This document shows positions 39,714-48,764 of a DNA stretch of 64,000 bases, one piece after another. Position numbers and translations under genes: made by a program. Every line of letters begins with the position of its first letter. Position 1 is the stretch's first letter. The DNA is taken from the sequence record DRR723986_618. The stretch is one strand, 5' to 3'. The notes under the pieces are model-generated. The model worked only from the letters and a program-made list of their open reading frames with translations. It made no database searches and was not told the origin of the DNA.

Positions 39714-40487
39714 TCAGTGTTCAACAAATGCCCGTTCAATCACGTAGTGCCCGTAGTCGCCCGCGCGTGTTTCGCGAAACCCCAGGCTGTCGAGCAACTG
39801 CGTACTCTCCTTTAGCATGGCCGGGCTGCCGCACAACATGAAGCGATCATGTTCGGGATTCAGGGCCGGCAAACCCACATCGGACATGAGTTTTCCGCAG
39901 CGTATTAAGTCTGTTAAGCGGCCATTGTTGCGATACGCCTCTCGGGTTACCGTTGGGTAATACAACAGCTTTTCGCGCACCAGGTCGCCAAAGTACTCAT
40001 TGCCGGGCAGCTCTTCACAAATCAGCTTTTGGTAAGCCAGCTCGCTCTGGTAACGAACGCCGTGGGTTAAAATCACCTTATCGTATTGCTCGTAGAGCTC
40101 CGGGTCTTTAATCAGACTCATGAAGGGCGCTAAACCGGTTCCCGTAGAGAGCAGGTATAAGTTGCGCCCGGGCAACAGATTGTCTGCTATCAATGTTCCG
40201 GTCGGTTTACGGCTCACCAGCACCTCGTCGCCCACGCGTATTTTTTGCAATTGCGACGTCAGCGGCCCATCGGGAACCTTAATACTGAAAAACTCCAGCT
40301 CGTCTTCGTAGTTAGCACTCACCAGGCTGTAGGCACGCATCAGCGGGCGTCCGGCCTGCGGTAAACCGATCATTGTGAAGTGACCGTTTTTATATCTGAA
40401 TGAGGGGTCACGGCTGGTTTTAAAGCTGAACAGCGTATCATTCCAATGGTGCACGCTCGTTACTCGCTCAGAACTTATCGTCTTCAT
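39714..40487 (-). CDS. fpr: Ferredoxin--NADP+ reductase
   Basis: RAYS, GPLTS, TGTGLAPF, CGSP and VIERAFVE motifs. Confidence 0.95.
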   Translation of the reverse strand: MKTISSERVTSVHHWNDTLFSFKTSRDPSFRYKNGHFTMIGLPQAGRPLMRAYSLVSANYEDELEFFSIKVPDGPLTSQLQKIRVGDEVLVSRKPTGTLIADNLLPGRNLYLLSTGTGLAPFMSLIKDPELYEQYDKVILTHGVRYQSELAYQKLICEELPGNEYFGDLVREKLLYYPTVTREAYRNNGRLTDLIRCGKLMSDVGLPALNPEHDRFMLCGSPAMLKESTQLLDSLGFRETRAGDYGHYVIERAFVEH

Positions 40488-40607
40488 TGCTCACCTCGTT
40501 GATACTGTGCTACTTGGCTGCTGCCACTGAATTTGCAGTTACTGTACGTCGCGGCTAACATATCGGTAAAACAACTTATTTGAATTTAAATAATCGGATC
40601 AATTGAT

Positions 40608-41486
40608 ATGCATTACACACTTCGCCAGCTAGAAGTCTTTCTCGCGGCCGCCCATACCGAGAACATCACTCGCGCCGCCCAACAGCTATCAATGTCCCAG
40701 TCCGCCGCGTCCAGCGCACTAAAAGACCTGGAGAAACAGTTTTCTATTCAATTGTTTGACCGCGTCGGTAAACGACTGCAAATCAATGAGTTAGGCCGCG
40801 CCCTCAGGCCGCAAGCAGAATCTTTACTCGACCAGGCACAGGCCTTAGAACACGCCTTTAAACAGCATGACTGCATTGGCGAAATTAAAATTGGCGCTAC
40901 GCTGACCATTGGTAATTACCTTGCCGTGGACATCATGGCGGAATTCATTCAACGCCACCCCAGCGCGAGCGTGCAGCTGCATGTCGCCAACACCGAGGCC
41001 ATCGGCCAACAGGTACTCAGTTTTAATTTGGATATGGGGCTGATTGAAGGCGAGTTCCAACACCCCGACTTGGAGGTAACGCCCTGGCGAGAGGACGAGC
41101 TGCAAGTGTTCTGCAGCCCGCTGCACCCACTTGCCAAGAAAAGCTCACTGACGGACGACGACCTTGTAAAGGCTCAGTGGATACTGCGCGAGCCGGGTTC
41201 GGGTACACGCCAAGCGTTTGATCGCGCCATGCACGATCTGCTGCCAAACATGACAATTGGCCTGGAGCTGCAACATACAGAAGCGATCAAACGCGCGGTC
41301 GAGAACGGCCTGGGCATCGGCTGCCTGTCACGCGTCTCACTGGAAGCGGCCATAGATAGCGGCCGCATCATCGCTCTCCCCACGCCGAGCCGGGACCTGC
41401 GGCGCAACTTCTACTTCATTTTGCACCGCCAAAAATACCGCAGCGAGGGGATCATTCGCTGGCTCGAGCTATGCCAAAACAGTTAG
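40608..41486 (+). CDS. finR: LysR regulator FinR
   Basis: LysR HTH (TLRQLEVF...SQSAAS); divergent from fpr as in Pseudomonas. Confidence 0.85.
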   Translation: MHYTLRQLEVFLAAAHTENITRAAQQLSMSQSAASSALKDLEKQFSIQLFDRVGKRLQINELGRALRPQAESLLDQAQALEHAFKQHDCIGEIKIGATLTIGNYLAVDIMAEFIQRHPSASVQLHVANTEAIGQQVLSFNLDMGLIEGEFQHPDLEVTPWREDELQVFCSPLHPLAKKSSLTDDDLVKAQWILREPGSGTRQAFDRAMHDLLPNMTIGLELQHTEAIKRAVENGLGIGCLSRVSLEAAIDSGRIIALPTPSRDLRRNFYFILHRQKYRSEGIIRWLELCQNS

Positions 41487-41505
41487 GGCCTGTTAACAGG
41501 CCCTA
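41484..41505. repeat. Perfect 22-bp palindrome TAGGGCCTGTTAACAGGCCCTA
   Basis: Its outer triplets are the TAG stops of both convergent genes. Confidence 0.75.
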
Positions 41506-42714
41506 GTGAGCCTCTGCATAACTCTCCGCTTCCACCTGGCGAGCGTAGAGAGAGGGGCGCGGCAAGACTATTAACGCCAGCACAGAGCAAAGCGCCATGG
41601 TTATCGTCATCGGCCACAGCTGGTCACTGACAAAACGCGTGGACAGGGCGCTGACAAGCGCGCCAATTAAATACTGGCCACTGCCCAGCAACGCCGAAGC
41701 AATGCCGCTGTGCTTGGGGAAAAAGTGCAAACAGCAGGCCTGGGTATTGCCCATAACCCCACCCAGAGCACCGACACTCACCACAATTAGCCCGACCACC
41801 AACCACAAAGGCGGGTTAAACGGTGTGACAAGCAGCAAACCGAGGCACGCCAGCCCCTGCAGCATCACCGCACCATAGAGTATTTTGGCCGCAGGCAAGG
41901 TATTGAGCAGATAGTTATTCACCCGGTTGGCGATCGCCAGGGTAACAATATTGGCCGCAAACAGAATCGAAAACACGGTCTCACTCTGTCCGTAGTGCTC
42001 CATATACACCACCGCGGAATTGACCAGGAAGGTCATCATCACCGCGAAAGTCAGGCCTTGTACCAACACGTAGCGCATGGCCACGCGGTGACGCAACACA
42101 TGACGATAGCGCTGCAACAAACTCTGCGCCGGCCCCGGCAATGCTGAGGCGTCGGTAACGTGGAGGAAGCGCCACGTTGCCAGCAGCACCACAGAGGCGT
42201 AGGCCGCCAGGGCAACAAAAACGGCTCGCCAGCCGCTCAAGGTATAGAGCAGGGTGCCCAGTGCTGGCGCGATGGCAGGCGCGAAGATCGTAATCAACGC
42301 GATCAGTGCGAACAGTTTGGCAGTCGCCTGCCCCTCCGTGTTATCGCGAATAATCGCCGGCACCACAACCGAAGCAAAGCCACCGCCGACAGCCTGCAAT
42401 ACCCGGGCAAACCAAAAGACCTCCAGGCTCTCAGCGAAGGCCAGAATTAAGCTGGCGACAAAAAAGATCGCCAAACCACCAAATAACACCGGCCGGCGGC
42501 CCCAGTAGTCACTGAGGGGCCCACCGCAAAACTGTCCAAAGCTCAGGCCCAAAATATACAGACTTACGGTGATCGCCAGCTGCTGCACCGGCACAGAAAA
42601 GTCCCGGGCAATAGCCGGAATTGTCGGCAAATACAGGTCGATAGCCAGAGGTGACAGGGCAAAAATCGACGCTAGCAGAAAGGTAATGGGCAGCGACACC
42701 GCTCGCGAGTTCAT
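41503..42714 (-). CDS. Bcr/CflA family MFS efflux transporter
   Basis: IDLYLP and GPLSDYWGRRPV motifs; about 12 TM segments. Confidence 0.92.
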   Translation of the reverse strand: MNSRAVSLPITFLLASIFALSPLAIDLYLPTIPAIARDFSVPVQQLAITVSLYILGLSFGQFCGGPLSDYWGRRPVLFGGLAIFFVASLILAFAESLEVFWFARVLQAVGGGFASVVVPAIIRDNTEGQATAKLFALIALITIFAPAIAPALGTLLYTLSGWRAVFVALAAYASVVLLATWRFLHVTDASALPGPAQSLLQRYRHVLRHRVAMRYVLVQGLTFAVMMTFLVNSAVVYMEHYGQSETVFSILFAANIVTLAIANRVNNYLLNTLPAAKILYGAVMLQGLACLGLLLVTPFNPPLWLVVGLIVVSVGALGGVMGNTQACCLHFFPKHSGIASALLGSGQYLIGALVSALSTRFVSDQLWPMTITMALCSVLALIVLPRPSLYARQVEAESYAEAH

Positions 42715-42754
42715 AACGGCTCCAGTTAGGCAAGCGAGCAGAGTAACTGGCAAC

Positions 42755-42772
42755 TATCTTTCTAGCAAGATA
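42755..42772. promoter_or_regulatory. Probable MarR operator
   Basis: TATCTT-N6-AAGATA inverted repeat between the divergent MFS and marR genes. Confidence 0.55.
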
Positions 42773-42804
42773 AAATTCTGTTCCCACACGACGGAAACAG
42801 CGCG

Positions 42805-43293
42805 ATGGACGACCGACGCATAGGCATTGCCGAGCTGCGTGAACAGCAACGCGAGAACTGGCCCCAAGCCTACAGAGATTGCCAACCTTCGATATTGAGA
42901 CTGCTGCGAAGCGCCGATGACTATTTGCGTGCCGGCAGCGAGCAGCTAGCCAGCCACAACCTATTGCCAGCAGAGTTTGATGTGCTCGCGGCACTGCGCC
43001 GCCAACCGCCGCCGCACTGCGTTAGTCCGACAGCGCTGTGCAAGGCCTTGTTGATGAGCAGCGGCGGTTTAACCAAGCTGCTGAAACGGCTGGAAACGGC
43101 GGGCTTGATTGAGCGCCCTGCCAATCCCGATGATGGCCGCAGCCAATTAGTGAAACTCAGTCCTTCGGGAATACACCGTGCTGAACAGGCGATGACAACA
43201 CTGTGTGAGCTGCAAAAACAGTGGCTCGCACCACTGACTGATGATCAGCGCCAACAGCTTAGCCAATTACTGGATCAGCTGCTGGCACGCTAA
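42805..43293 (+). CDS. MarR family regulator
   Basis: EFDVLAALRR, SSGGLTK.LKRLE and DGRS motifs. Confidence 0.92.
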   Translation: MDDRRIGIAELREQQRENWPQAYRDCQPSILRLLRSADDYLRAGSEQLASHNLLPAEFDVLAALRRQPPPHCVSPTALCKALLMSSGGLTKLLKRLETAGLIERPANPDDGRSQLVKLSPSGIHRAEQAMTTLCELQKQWLAPLTDDQRQQLSQLLDQLLAR

Positions 43294-43309
43294 GAGTGCG
43301 CTTAGCCGC

Positions 43310-44947
43310 CTACCACTGCCAGCGCAAGCTCCAATAGAAATCTACTTCCTTGCTATCCAGGCGCGCCTCGTCGTCGACGTCATCGGCCAGGGGCACTGCC
43401 GCCACCCAGTGACTACTCAAACCGTAGGGCATCTCCAAGCTCACCCCAAGGCCTGCATCGGCCAGGTTTTGCCACTCGCCGAGTTCATCGTCGGTGTCAG
43501 TAAACCTGGCGGCACCATACTCAACAAACAGCGCAGGCGTTAACGTAAGATCGCGCCATGCGTACTCTCGCTGAATCGCCATACTGGCGTGAACACCGTC
43601 ATCGCCAACAAGCGTGCCCGGCAACCAGGCTGACAAGCTGCTGCCGCCACCCAGCACCCACTGGCGCTGCTGAGGCAGTTGTGTATTGTCGGACCATTGC
43701 CCCTGCGCCGACAGCCGCAACTCCGTGCCGCCATTCAGTGCAAGCGTCATCGCCACCGCGGGCTTGGCAATCAGATACTCGGCGCTGCGTCGGCCAATCG
43801 CAACCTTCGCTGTCGGCTCTTGGCCAAGGCTGCCATCGTCATCGCTCAGCCCCAGCTCCGTGGCAAACTCCATTCGCGCGAATACCGGGCGACCCAACCA
43901 CTGCTCGCGCAAGGTGTAGCGCGCACCGAGCTCCAGCGACACGAAGCGCTCCTCCAAAAGCGCATCACCACCGGCTTGGGGCTCAATGCGTGAGTCCACA
44001 TAGGAGAGGCGCTCAAAGACATTGAAACGGCGCAGGGGGTTACTAAACAGCAGTTGCTCACCACGCAGACTTGCCTGCTGAATCTCCGCATCCAGCGGCA
44101 GTGTCAGCACCTGCTGTTGTATAGGACAGCTGATCAATGGCGGTAGGCAAAACCCACCCCCGCTGCTCGTTACGACAACCTCGGGGGCGCGCTCATAACG
44201 AATATAGGATAGATCAATGCCGTAGAGCCCGTAGCGTAACGGCTGGTCGACGCTGACCTCGACTTGCTGGTAATCATCGCCATCACCGGTCTCACCCCAG
44301 TCGCGAATAACCGTTTGCGCATTGGCCTTCAGTTCGGTGCCAGTGGCAAAACGATGGGCAAGGCCTACATGGGCAAAATACCGCCCCAAAAACCGGCTAC
44401 CGCGGTTATTGAGCTCCACATCAACATCCGTGGCATCGCTATCGGCAGCCTCGCGCTCTACGAAGTCCAGAATCACCTCATTGTCGGCATGGGCCTCGTA
44501 GCTAATGCTGTACTCCAGCCCCGCTCGCTCCGCGTATATCGACGCGGGCACCCGAGCGCGGTCAAACTCGTGCAGTTGCAGGTTGTCATCACCGACCAGG
44601 CCGGAGAAAAAGTGGGTGAGCAAGAGCGCACCTCGAAGGCCCTTCACACGATTTTGGGAGACCATTACCGTCACGGTGTCGCCAAGCCGGAAATAACTCA
44701 GCCCCACTAACAGGTGCCCCATATTGTAGTAGCGGCGACTCAATGCGGTGATCGCGGCAGAGGGGCTATCTGCGCCGTCCAGGATCGCCTGCAGCTGCGC
44801 CTCTGAAAGGTAAGGCGCTTCCTGAACACGCAGCAACACACCGTTAATCTCCCGCTGCACGTAGCTACCCTGGTATTGTTTCGCAAACTCGACTTGTTGT
44901 TGCGTCGCCAACTGCGGCGGCATCACGGGTGGCAAATCAATTGCCAT
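43310..44947 (-). CDS. ShlB/FhaC/HecB (TpsB/Omp85)-like protein
   Basis: POTRA-like start (LSRRYYNMG), NNRGSRFLGR barrel start, LGG..S loop, C-terminal YWSLRWQW. Confidence 0.75.
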   Translation of the reverse strand: MAIDLPPVMPPQLATQQQVEFAKQYQGSYVQREINGVLLRVQEAPYLSEAQLQAILDGADSPSAAITALSRRYYNMGHLLVGLSYFRLGDTVTVMVSQNRVKGLRGALLLTHFFSGLVGDDNLQLHEFDRARVPASIYAERAGLEYSISYEAHADNEVILDFVEREAADSDATDVDVELNNRGSRFLGRYFAHVGLAHRFATGTELKANAQTVIRDWGETGDGDDYQQVEVSVDQPLRYGLYGIDLSYIRYERAPEVVVTSSGGGFCLPPLISCPIQQQVLTLPLDAEIQQASLRGEQLLFSNPLRRFNVFERLSYVDSRIEPQAGGDALLEERFVSLELGARYTLREQWLGRPVFARMEFATELGLSDDDGSLGQEPTAKVAIGRRSAEYLIAKPAVAMTLALNGGTELRLSAQGQWSDNTQLPQQRQWVLGGGSSLSAWLPGTLVGDDGVHASMAIQREYAWRDLTLTPALFVEYGAARFTDTDDELGEWQNLADAGLGVSLEMPYGLSSHWVAAVPLADDVDDEARLDSKEVDFYWSLRWQW

Positions 44948-44985
44948 GTCCTTTCTCCTTAGACTGGAATTATAGGCGTCACTAA

Positions 44986-45825
44986 CTATTCAGCTTGCAG
45001 GCGAAGCTCAACACGGCGGTTGCGCGCCGGCTCGGCTGAACTTACCGGCTGCGCTTCGCCATACCCTCTTGCTCGCAAACGCTCGCCGCTAACCCCTTTG
45101 CTTATTAAGTAGTCGCGAACGGCTCCCGCACGGCGCTCAGACAGGCGAAGATTATAGGCCTCGCTGCCCGAACTATCGGTATGACCGGCAATTTCAATGC
45201 GCCCCGAAGGCGCTTCACGCAGGACGTCCACCACCAAATTCAACACGGCTTTCGCGGACGGACTCAACTGCCAGCGGCCACTGGCAAAATGCACCCCATC
45301 CAGACGCAACGGGCTTGCCGATTCCAAATGACAGCCATTAGCCATTACCCGGCGTGACGGCGGTGTGCTTCGGCATTGGTCGTCGCGGTCACAAACGCCA
45401 TCACCATCGCCGTCGCGGCAATCGAGAGGGCCGGTCTGGGCATAGGCAACTTCATAGCGGGGGTCACGGTACTCCACCTCACCCAGCGCTGGCTGATCAC
45501 CACCCTCGGCAAGGGGCCCTGCCACCAGCGCCTGGCTCGCCGGCGCATCCATCGCCGCCAGCTGTGAGCGCTCGCGCTCAGACATTCCCAACCCAACGGG
45601 GGCTACCGGTGCCATAGAAACTGAGTCTCCCGACAAGGAGGCGTCGAGCGCCAACACGGTTTCGTCCAGAGCCAGCCCTGTTGTATCGCTCACTGCCGTT
45701 AGCACCGGCAGTAAGCCTAATGCTCGGCTCAAGTCGGCCAGTAAACCAGCGTGAACAGGTACGCTGCTGCCCAACAAAACCAGGCCGAGAGCCAGCAAAC
45801 GTTGGCGACAAAAAGGGCTGAACAT
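44986..45825 (-). CDS. OmpA-C domain protein with a thrombospondin type 3-like repeat
   Basis: Signal peptide; DGDGDGVCDRDDQC; GHTDSSG and NRRVEL; start MFSPF. Confidence 0.85.
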   Translation of the reverse strand: MFSPFCRQRLLALGLVLLGSSVPVHAGLLADLSRALGLLPVLTAVSDTTGLALDETVLALDASLSGDSVSMAPVAPVGLGMSERERSQLAAMDAPASQALVAGPLAEGGDQPALGEVEYRDPRYEVAYAQTGPLDCRDGDGDGVCDRDDQCRSTPPSRRVMANGCHLESASPLRLDGVHFASGRWQLSPSAKAVLNLVVDVLREAPSGRIEIAGHTDSSGSEAYNLRLSERRAGAVRDYLISKGVSGERLRARGYGEAQPVSSAEPARNRRVELRLQAE

Positions 45826-45999
45826 GGGGCACTCTCTGTTGTTTTCAATAACGCGAATAAGAACGACGGTGCGTGACCCCAACCCAATCGGGCTGAGGAC
45901 AGCGACATTATGCGGCAACAATGAGCAAAAGGCAGCTTCGGTCTGGGGTTTGGAGGCATTTCCGCCGGGCTTTGAGGCTCCCAACCCTGTGCGCAGGGC

Positions 46000-46746
46000 T
46001 TAGCTTCGCAATAGTTTTTGCTTGGCCTGCGCGAACTCATCATCGGTAAGGCTGCCGGAGCGATGCATGCCCTCTAACTCTTTGAGCGAGTCTGCCAGCG
46101 CCTCGCCCTCATCTGGCGCAATTTCCTGCTCGGCGGCCTCGCTCAAGCCCAGCCACTGCCCCAATTTGCGGAATATGCGCGCGATGCCACGCCACAATTT
46201 CGGCAGCAGCCAAATCAGCAATAACAAGAACAGCACAAATAGGATCAGGAACACCAGCGGGTGATTCAAGGCCATCCACAGGCCACCAAGCACGGCGACA
46301 TCCTCGCCGATCGAGGCCGCCCAATTGCTTACCGGCTCTGGCGAGGTATTGATCAGCATACGGCTGCTGGCTTTCGCAGCGTGGGTTACCGACGTCACCG
46401 AGCCGCCGACAATGCCCGCAGCGAGTTGCAGCGCCGGGCTCACATCACCCAATGAATTAGCAGCCAGTAGCGCCCCGGCGGGAATACGGATAAACGTATG
46501 CAGCGCGTCCCAGCCGGTATCAACACCGGGAATTTTATCGGCGAAGAATTCCACCCCGTACATCAGACCCGCAGCCATAATCACTGCCGGGTCTTGCACG
46601 ACCTGTAAATTCTCAGGCAATACGATGCCGCCACTGGCACCGCCCAAGCCCAATACCAAAATTGCCGCATAGAGATTCAAGCCACTGGCCCATGCCACCC
46701 CCATGGTCAGTGATATCAGGCTAATTAGCTGTTGATACTCATCCAC
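46000..46746 (-). CDS. DUF4126 membrane protein with C-terminal SHOCT
   Basis: ASGLNLY, EFFADKIPGVD..WD and G.LTDDEF...K motifs. Confidence 0.85.
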   Translation of the reverse strand: MDEYQQLISLISLTMGVAWASGLNLYAAILVLGLGGASGGIVLPENLQVVQDPAVIMAAGLMYGVEFFADKIPGVDTGWDALHTFIRIPAGALLAANSLGDVSPALQLAAGIVGGSVTSVTHAAKASSRMLINTSPEPVSNWAASIGEDVAVLGGLWMALNHPLVFLILFVLFLLLLIWLLPKLWRGIARIFRKLGQWLGLSEAAEQEIAPDEGEALADSLKELEGMHRSGSLTDDEFAQAKQKLLRS

Positions 46747-46967
46747 TTGTCGTTCCTCGGCCAGGCCAACAGATTTGCTGCCCCCCCAACTGGCATCGGC
46801 GCGGGGAGAATCAGCCGTTATTCTGCGCAGTCACCAACATACTGAGAATAGGCTCGAAAAGCCACGCCGTCAGCGAGTGACCTCATGCGTCACCCAAATC
46901 GACCGGAACGGTCAATCACTGCACGCGCAGAGCGGGTAGTATCAAGGGTTGAGCTTGGAGAAATACC

Positions 46968-47750
46968 ATGTCGACCTACAACAGTTATCCAGAGAATCCC
47001 AACTACGGAAGCGGCTGCTTTCGCCGCCGAATACAGCTGCGCGCCTCTGAGTTTCAGGTGATTGCCGAATTGGAAGACCACAACCACGGTTTTCGCTTAA
47101 CCCTGGACCACGACGGCAGCACGGTAACCGCCATCAATGCGGAGACACTGCGCATTCCTTTTTCGACCTGCCCAGGCGCCGTCACGCCACTGCAGGGCCT
47201 GGTGGGTTTGCCCGTCACGCAAGACAGCCAGGTACTGCTTGCCCACAGTAATCCAACCGCCAATTGCACCCACCTCTACGACCTCTGCCTGCTCGCCATT
47301 GCTCAGGCAGCACGCGGTGAAGGTGAGCGGGTTTACGATATGCGCATCGATGATGAAACCGGTGAGCAAGGTGGTATTGCCGAAGTCCGCGTCAACGACG
47401 AGCTGGTGCACCGCTGGCGCTGCCGTGATTGGACAATTCTCGAGCCCGCCGAATTCGCAGGGAATGTCTTGTTCAAAGGCTTTACAGCCTGGGCCGGTCG
47501 CGCATTTCAGGGAGAGGAGCAACGCGCCGCCTTCGCTCTACAGAAAGCCTACTTTGTTTCCAGCGCGCGGCGATACGATCTGGAAGCAATGGCCGGCGAG
47601 GCGGCTAATGATTCGCGAGAGGTTATGTATGGCGCCTGCTATACCTATACCTCACCACAAATAGAACAGGCCTATCGTGTGGCCGGCACTGTGCGGGATT
47701 TCAGTCATGCCGAGCAGCACTTGTTAACGTTCAAGGACGTAACACCTTGA
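46968..47750 (+). CDS. DUF2889 domain protein
   Basis: LEDHNHGF, R.PFSTCPGA and NCTHLYDL motifs; GGAG SD. Confidence 0.75.
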   Translation: MSTYNSYPENPNYGSGCFRRRIQLRASEFQVIAELEDHNHGFRLTLDHDGSTVTAINAETLRIPFSTCPGAVTPLQGLVGLPVTQDSQVLLAHSNPTANCTHLYDLCLLAIAQAARGEGERVYDMRIDDETGEQGGIAEVRVNDELVHRWRCRDWTILEPAEFAGNVLFKGFTAWAGRAFQGEEQRAAFALQKAYFVSSARRYDLEAMAGEAANDSREVMYGACYTYTSPQIEQAYRVAGTVRDFSHAEQHLLTFKDVTP

Positions 47751-47907
47751 GTGAACCATACCCGCCTGCGGCCAGCCATTACAGCGATAGGCACAATTAC
47801 GAATATTGTGACATGGGGGCAATGGCTATAGTGGAGTCATGCTTAACAGCGACCGCTTCAATGCAAGCAGCCGCGAGCGAACGTCTCCATAGTAGCACCC
47901 CCGCTTG

Positions 47908-47933
47908 GCACCCATATGATGGGTGCTTTTTTT
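47908..47933 (+). terminator. Intrinsic terminator
   Basis: GCACCCAT-ATG-ATGGGTGC followed by T7. Confidence 0.85.
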
Positions 47934-47947
47934 ATGCCCGCCGCGCG

Positions 47948-48646
47948 CTAGTCGAGCAAAAACACCAGCGACAAGCGCGACGACACGGTTTCTTTACCCA
48001 GCAGCATCGGCGCATCGGCACTGGCCTTCGCCTCCATCATCATCACACCGGGGTTGCCACGCGGCACCGCCGGCGCACTGCTCGCGTCAATGCGGTACAC
48101 CTTGCCCAGCTTGCGACCCAGATTACTGGCCAGCACCGTCGCCCGCTGGCGAGCGTCAGCCACCGCAGCAAGCAGGGCACGCTCGGCCAACACGTCGCGG
48201 TCGGCGACAACAAATTGCACCTGGCCCAATTCAGTGATGCCCGCCGCCATCAAACCATCCACAAGATCCCCGTAGCGGCTCAGGTCAGCCAGCGAAATAT
48301 CGACATGGCGTTCGACCCGCTGTCCCCGCAACCTGCGCTTGCCGTCCTCCCAGACATAGTCGGGGTGAACTCGGATCTGCGATGCACGAATAGCCGTATC
48401 AGCAATGTCTTGTGCACGCGCGGCCGCCAGTACCGCCGCCACGCGTCGGTCGACGTTGGCTTTTGCAGCAGAGGCCGTGCTCTGCGTGTCAGACACCTGA
48501 AGACGCAATTCGGCGCTATCGGGCAACGCTTCAACTTCACCGTAGCCCTGCACAACAATATGGGGATCATCGGGGAGCGCCGACGCCAACAGTGGCAAAG
48601 GCAGACACACCGACAGGCTCAGCAGTACATTTCGCAACAAATTCAT
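47948..48646 (-). CDS. SIMPL (DUF541) domain periplasmic protein
   Basis: I.VQGYGEV.A.PD.A and AVADAR.RA..LA motifs. Confidence 0.9.
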   Translation of the reverse strand: MNLLRNVLLSLSVCLPLPLLASALPDDPHIVVQGYGEVEALPDSAELRLQVSDTQSTASAAKANVDRRVAAVLAAARAQDIADTAIRASQIRVHPDYVWEDGKRRLRGQRVERHVDISLADLSRYGDLVDGLMAAGITELGQVQFVVADRDVLAERALLAAVADARQRATVLASNLGRKLGKVYRIDASSAPAVPRGNPGVMMMEAKASADAPMLLGKETVSSRLSLVFLLD

Positions 48647-48764
48647 GGGACTGGGCTTCCTTCTCTGAATCATTCCATAATCACACCGGCGGCAATGCCC
48701 CGGACAATAATATGACGCTGTTATAAACGTGCGTCACCACCACTCATCAAGCGGGAGAACAACA

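Noticed and set aside
47839-47892. 17-aa ORF MLNSDRFNASSRERTSP
   Set aside because: GGAG is only 2 nt from the ATG and there is no other support.
47747-48715. 322-aa + strand ORF
   Set aside because: Antisense shadow of the SIMPL gene; it runs through a terminator and has no recognisable motifs.
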